Assembly (NCBI GenBank): GCA_963977445.1
Contig: CAXBPH010000120.1
Location: 1 to 19,738, forward strand
Source: an uncultured bacterium
Lineage (GTDB): Bacteria > Hydrogenedentota > Hydrogenedentia > Hydrogenedentales > JAEUWI01
Reading direction: 5' to 3'
Length of the DNA: 19,738 nucleotides
The notes under the pieces are model-generated. The model was given only the letters and a program-made list of their open reading frames with translations. It ran no database searches and had not been told where the DNA came from. Both the position numbers and the translations under genes were made by a program. Positions 16,318 through 19,738 of this stretch are shown one piece after another. How positions within the stretch are numbered: the first letter of the stretch is position 1; the number at the start of each line of letters is the position of its first letter.

Positions 16318-16347
16318 ATTGTAGAGCGCGCGACAGGATAGATGCAA
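16318..16347 (-). promoter_or_regulatory. Putative sigma70-type promoter for the DMT-rnhA-kinase-carboxypeptidase block
   Basis: Minus strand TTGCAT (16347-16342), 18-bp spacer, TACAAT (16323-16318). Confidence 0.5.
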
Positions 16348-16393
16348 ATGGAATGGGCAAATTGCATGGGTGACGAATCACGAATTGTCGCGC

Positions 16394-16957
16394 CTATTCG
16401 TTACGGGTTCGTTCCTTGATGAACTCCGCCGCACGTTTCTTCCGGTATTTTACGGCGACGTCATAGGGGGTCAGGCCCGCCGCGTTTTTCTCTGTCAGCG
16501 AATCGCCCGCCTTAAACAAGGCCGACAACGGCCCAATTTGCCCCTCCGCTCCACCCATGGCTGCGGAGTGACTTGGTAGATCCCCAAAATCATCCTTCTG
16601 GGTTCGGTCGGCACCATGTTCCAACAGCCAGAGCGTGGCCCGTCGGCCCAGCAGCGCCGCAACGTGAAGTGCCGTCATGCCCGTGTTATCTGCGGCGTTA
16701 AGGTCGGCACCGGCCTCCAGGAGCAAATCCATGGCCTCGGGCTGATTGTAGTAGACGGCGTATTGCAGCGGCTGTTTACCCAACTCATTGACGCTCTGCG
16801 CAAGTTCCGGGTTGTCCGCAAGCATTTTTGCCGCCAGCGTCATGTCCCCCCGGCCAATGACATCGTGCAACGACGGGGTACACCCAGCGCACACAGCGAG
16901 TGCCAACGTAGCCAAGATGGAAGACAATGAAACTCGTAATGAACTACCTGTTTTCAT
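16394..16957 (-). CDS. Ankyrin-repeat lipoprotein
   Basis: Lipobox-like CAG|C after a hydrophobic stretch. Ankyrin motifs GKQPLQYA...LLEAGADLN, GMTALHVA...LLEHGAD, GDLPSHSA and GLTPYDVA. ATGA overlap with the upstream binding-protein gene. Confidence 0.88.
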   Translation of the reverse strand: MKTGSSLRVSLSSILATLALAVCAGCTPSLHDVIGRGDMTLAAKMLADNPELAQSVNELGKQPLQYAVYYNQPEAMDLLLEAGADLNAADNTGMTALHVAALLGRRATLWLLEHGADRTQKDDFGDLPSHSAAMGGAEGQIGPLSALFKAGDSLTEKNAAGLTPYDVAVKYRKKRAAEFIKERTRNE

Positions 16958-17967
16958 GGTGCGACGGACATCCGTGGTGTTGCTTTTACGTCATCGGGCG
17001 AACGAAGCCACTCCCCGCCGCCCTCCATGTTGTCGGCCGTAAAATAGCGCGAGGGCAGTACGATATTCTTCGGTACGTCCTTACCGGAAAGCACCTCCAG
17101 GGCACTGTCAATCGCCTGCGCTCCCCCGGTTGGGTACTCAAAGCACACATCCAGCACACCATCGCGCACCATGACTTGTCCTTCGTGGGGAAGACCGTCA
17201 ATACCGACAAAGATGATAGATTGCTCCCGGCCCGCTGCTTTGGCGGCGAGGTAGGCCCCCTGGGCGGCCGGATCGTTGTGTCCATAGACCAAGTCAATTG
17301 TATCGAAACGGGCCAGGGCCGATTCCATTTCCGACCGGGCCTTGGGACCCAGCCATTCCATATCCGCCTCAAAAATCACGTCGAGATTGCTGCCTTCAAT
17401 GCCTTTTCGAAAGCCAGCATTCCGGTCCTGTCCAGGAACACTGGTCATCAGACCCTTCAATTCCACCACCTTGCCGGAACCACCGAGCTTCTGCACCGCC
17501 CAACGTCCCGCCGCCTCGCCGATAAGCGTGTTGTCGGCACCAATAAACTGGGTATACCCCTCGCCTTGCACGGCCCGATCCAGAATGATCACCGGAATGC
17601 CCGCGTCAAATGCTTTTTTCAGCGGGGCCGTCAGGGCAACCTCTTTGGGGCTGCAGATCAGCACATCCACCCCCTGATTGACGAATTCTTCAATATGGGC
17701 GCGCTGTCTCAGGGTATCGTCCTGGGCATCCCGAAAAATGACCTCCACCTCGGGATGGGTCGCCGCCGCCTTCAGAATGTCCGCGTTCATTTGAACGCGC
17801 CAAGGCTCCCCGAGGTTACATTGGCTCATTCCAATGGTAATTTTGTTTTCCGTCGCCACGGCCGGCGTACCGTCCAGACGCTCCTCGGCCCCATCATTCG
17901 GTCCGCAAGCCGTGAGGCCCAACACGAAAAAAAGAAGCAAAAAGCGCACGATGTGTTTCCCGTCCAT
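16954..17967 (-). CDS. Sugar ABC transporter substrate-binding lipoprotein (RbsB-like, type 1 periplasmic binding fold)
   Basis: Lipobox LTA|C. IGMSQCNLGEPWRVQMN, GIPVIILDR, IGADN, HND, VGIDG and YPTGG motifs. GGAAAGGA upstream of ATG. Confidence 0.92.
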   Translation of the reverse strand: MDGKHIVRFLLLFFVLGLTACGPNDGAEERLDGTPAVATENKITIGMSQCNLGEPWRVQMNADILKAAATHPEVEVIFRDAQDDTLRQRAHIEEFVNQGVDVLICSPKEVALTAPLKKAFDAGIPVIILDRAVQGEGYTQFIGADNTLIGEAAGRWAVQKLGGSGKVVELKGLMTSVPGQDRNAGFRKGIEGSNLDVIFEADMEWLGPKARSEMESALARFDTIDLVYGHNDPAAQGAYLAAKAAGREQSIIFVGIDGLPHEGQVMVRDGVLDVCFEYPTGGAQAIDSALEVLSGKDVPKNIVLPSRYFTADNMEGGGEWLRSPDDVKATPRMSVAP

Positions 17968-17997
17968 TGAAGCTATCCTTTCCTGAATCCAACGCCC

Positions 17998-19011
17998 TCA
18001 GTAGGAACGACGGCGCTGCAGCAGCACGGCAGCGACGATGATAGCGCCGGTCAACATGAGCCGACTCGATTCGCCCACGGCATTCAAACTGAGAATCTTT
18101 TCAAGGTACCCTATCGTCAGGGCACCGAGCAAGGTCAACAGAACACTTCCCTGACCGCCCATTAAGTTGGTACCACCAATGACGACAATGGCAATAGCGG
18201 TCAATTCGTAGGTAGCGCCCGCCTCCGGGTCCCCCTGGGTTTCCTGCGCTGCCTGGCACATACCGGCCACGGCAGCAAAACAACCGCACAGGCTATAGGC
18301 CAACACCTTTACCCGGCCAGTCGGGACGCCGGACAGGTGGGCCGCCGTCTCATTACCGCCGATGGCAAACAGGTACCGGCCGGTCCGGGTCCGCGAGAGC
18401 AGGAACCACGTGAGGAATACACACACCAGAAACAGGAGGGTCACCACAGCAATATTGCCGCCAAAAACCTGCTGATCCAGCATTTCGAAGACGGGCGGCA
18501 GGGGCACACTCTCCAGGTTCCCTTCCGGCCCCTTTCGATAGGTTGATACTTTCTGGCCACCCGACACATACTTCGCAAGGCCACGGGCAAACACCATCAT
18601 GGCGAGGGTCACGATAAAGGGCTGGAGGCCATTGCGGGCAATAAGCGTCCCGGAAAGCAGGCCGCACGCGGAACCTGCGAGGAGGCAAAGAGGTATAGCG
18701 AGCAGCGGTGACCAGCCATAGTGAATCGTCATTAGGGAAAACAATACGGCAACCAGGCCAAGAACACTTCCGACGGAGAGATCGATCCCGGCGGTAATGA
18801 CCACCACCGTCATGCCGCAGGCCAGAATTCCATAGACCGAAACCTGGCGCAGCATATCCCGGTGGGTACTCCAACCGAAAAATGCACCGTCAGCGTTGAA
18901 CACGATTCCCAAGAGGAGAATGATACCCAAGGCCAATACGGCGCGAACGATGGGTGCGCCCGAGACCTGTCTGAATGCCCTACCGAATGTCCCCTGACCG
19001 TCAGTACGCAT
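17998..19011 (-). CDS. Sugar ABC transporter permease (RbsC/BPD_transp_2 family)
   Basis: GIDLSVGS, PFIVTLA, TGRYLFAIGGNETAAHLSG and YELTAIAIVVIGG motifs. Start uncertain among ATGs at 19011, 19014, 19017 and 19032. Confidence 0.92.
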   Translation of the reverse strand: MRTDGQGTFGRAFRQVSGAPIVRAVLALGIILLLGIVFNADGAFFGWSTHRDMLRQVSVYGILACGMTVVVITAGIDLSVGSVLGLVAVLFSLMTIHYGWSPLLAIPLCLLAGSACGLLSGTLIARNGLQPFIVTLAMMVFARGLAKYVSGGQKVSTYRKGPEGNLESVPLPPVFEMLDQQVFGGNIAVVTLLFLVCVFLTWFLLSRTRTGRYLFAIGGNETAAHLSGVPTGRVKVLAYSLCGCFAAVAGMCQAAQETQGDPEAGATYELTAIAIVVIGGTNLMGGQGSVLLTLLGALTIGYLEKILSLNAVGESSRLMLTGAIIVAAVLLQRRRSY

Positions 19012-19681
19012 CATCATCCAGCTCGTAGTCATTCACCGCAACCATTTCGGGAACCCTGGCCTCATCCAGAAAATTCAGGGTCCAGCGCTCCACGAAAACC
19101 AGCGGCGCTCCGATGTTCACCCCGGATTGACGGGCTTCGAAAGCGACCTGGCAGGTTTGGCTTGCGTCATCCACCAACGTGAGCAACATAATGGAACCTG
19201 CCTCGTTCTCCCCCGCACTGCTCATCATGGTCTCCCGCGTCCACCGCCCAAAGGAGGTCTGGGTGCTTGTTTGTTGAACCGGTGCCTGCAGAACGGCCTG
19301 CTCCCGGCCGATTCGACGATCCAGGGGAATGTGCAGGGTGTTTTCGCCGACCATGGCCAGGGGCCACCCGGGATAGGCACCGCGTACAATCCGAACCAGA
19401 CTCGTCGGGGGCTTTGGAATCTCCACCACGCCGTTCCAGAGAACCTGGGCCGTCACGCGGAGGGTCACCGTGCGCTCCTCTTTCAGGGTGGAGAGCACGG
19501 AGAGTCGGTAGGTCAACTCGGGCTTGTCCGGGCTCAGGATGTATTCTTTCTTGATTTGAAAATGGCTTGACGGACTTTCCGGGCCCATGAGGAGCAGGTA
19601 GGTCGGGTTTTGTTCGACCACCCGCGCCGGTCCCCGACGCAATACAGCGTCGGCTTCCCGGACGGGCAATATATCTGTCAT
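19001..19681 (-). CDS. Hypothetical protein, predicted beta-strand rich
   Basis: 226-aa ORF with protein-like composition that overlaps the permease start. No Walker A/B or LSGGQ motif. 5' boundary uncertain. Confidence 0.7.
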   Translation of the reverse strand: MTDILPVREADAVLRRGPARVVEQNPTYLLLMGPESPSSHFQIKKEYILSPDKPELTYRLSVLSTLKEERTVTLRVTAQVLWNGVVEIPKPPTSLVRIVRGAYPGWPLAMVGENTLHIPLDRRIGREQAVLQAPVQQTSTQTSFGRWTRETMMSSAGENEAGSIMLLTLVDDASQTCQVAFEARQSGVNIGAPLVFVERWTLNFLDEARVPEMVAVNDYELDDDAY

Positions 19682-19738
19682 GATTTTCCCGGTGGACTTC
19701 CAACTGCTGGCGAAAGGTTAAGCCTTCGGGGCTCTTGC

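Noticed and set aside
11187..17970. Long plus-strand ORFs (11187-11948, 12724-13482, 14353-15372, 16927-17970)
   Set aside because: Antisense shadows of the carboxypeptidase, kinase, rnhA and binding-protein genes.

Overview
GC-rich bacterial chromosome segment, densely coding, with two convergent gene blocks meeting at a 529-bp repeat-bearing intergenic region (10283-10811). Plus strand: the tail of a MoxR/DUF58/SpoIIM/RDD membrane cluster; two tandem GlcG/HbpS (DUF336) paralogs, one with a signal peptide and one without, each with its own promoter and terminator; then ybaB-fmt-rsmB-(PASTA membrane protein with no kinase domain)-rpe. Minus strand: unknown protein, sugar ABC permease, sugar-binding lipoprotein and ankyrin lipoprotein, then EamA/DMT transporter, rnhA, a hybrid histidine kinase with two receiver-like domains, and a D-Ala-D-Ala carboxypeptidase. 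I found no rRNA, tRNA, CRISPR array, phage or transposase gene. Most of the window is housekeeping. The best candidates for unexplained biology are the exported/cytoplasmic GlcG/HbpS pair, the PrkC-like ectodomain lacking a kinase at the position prkC occupies in Bacillus, the inverted REP-like doublet, and the functionally uncharacterised MoxR cluster. All family assignments come from recognising motifs by eye; no database search was run.
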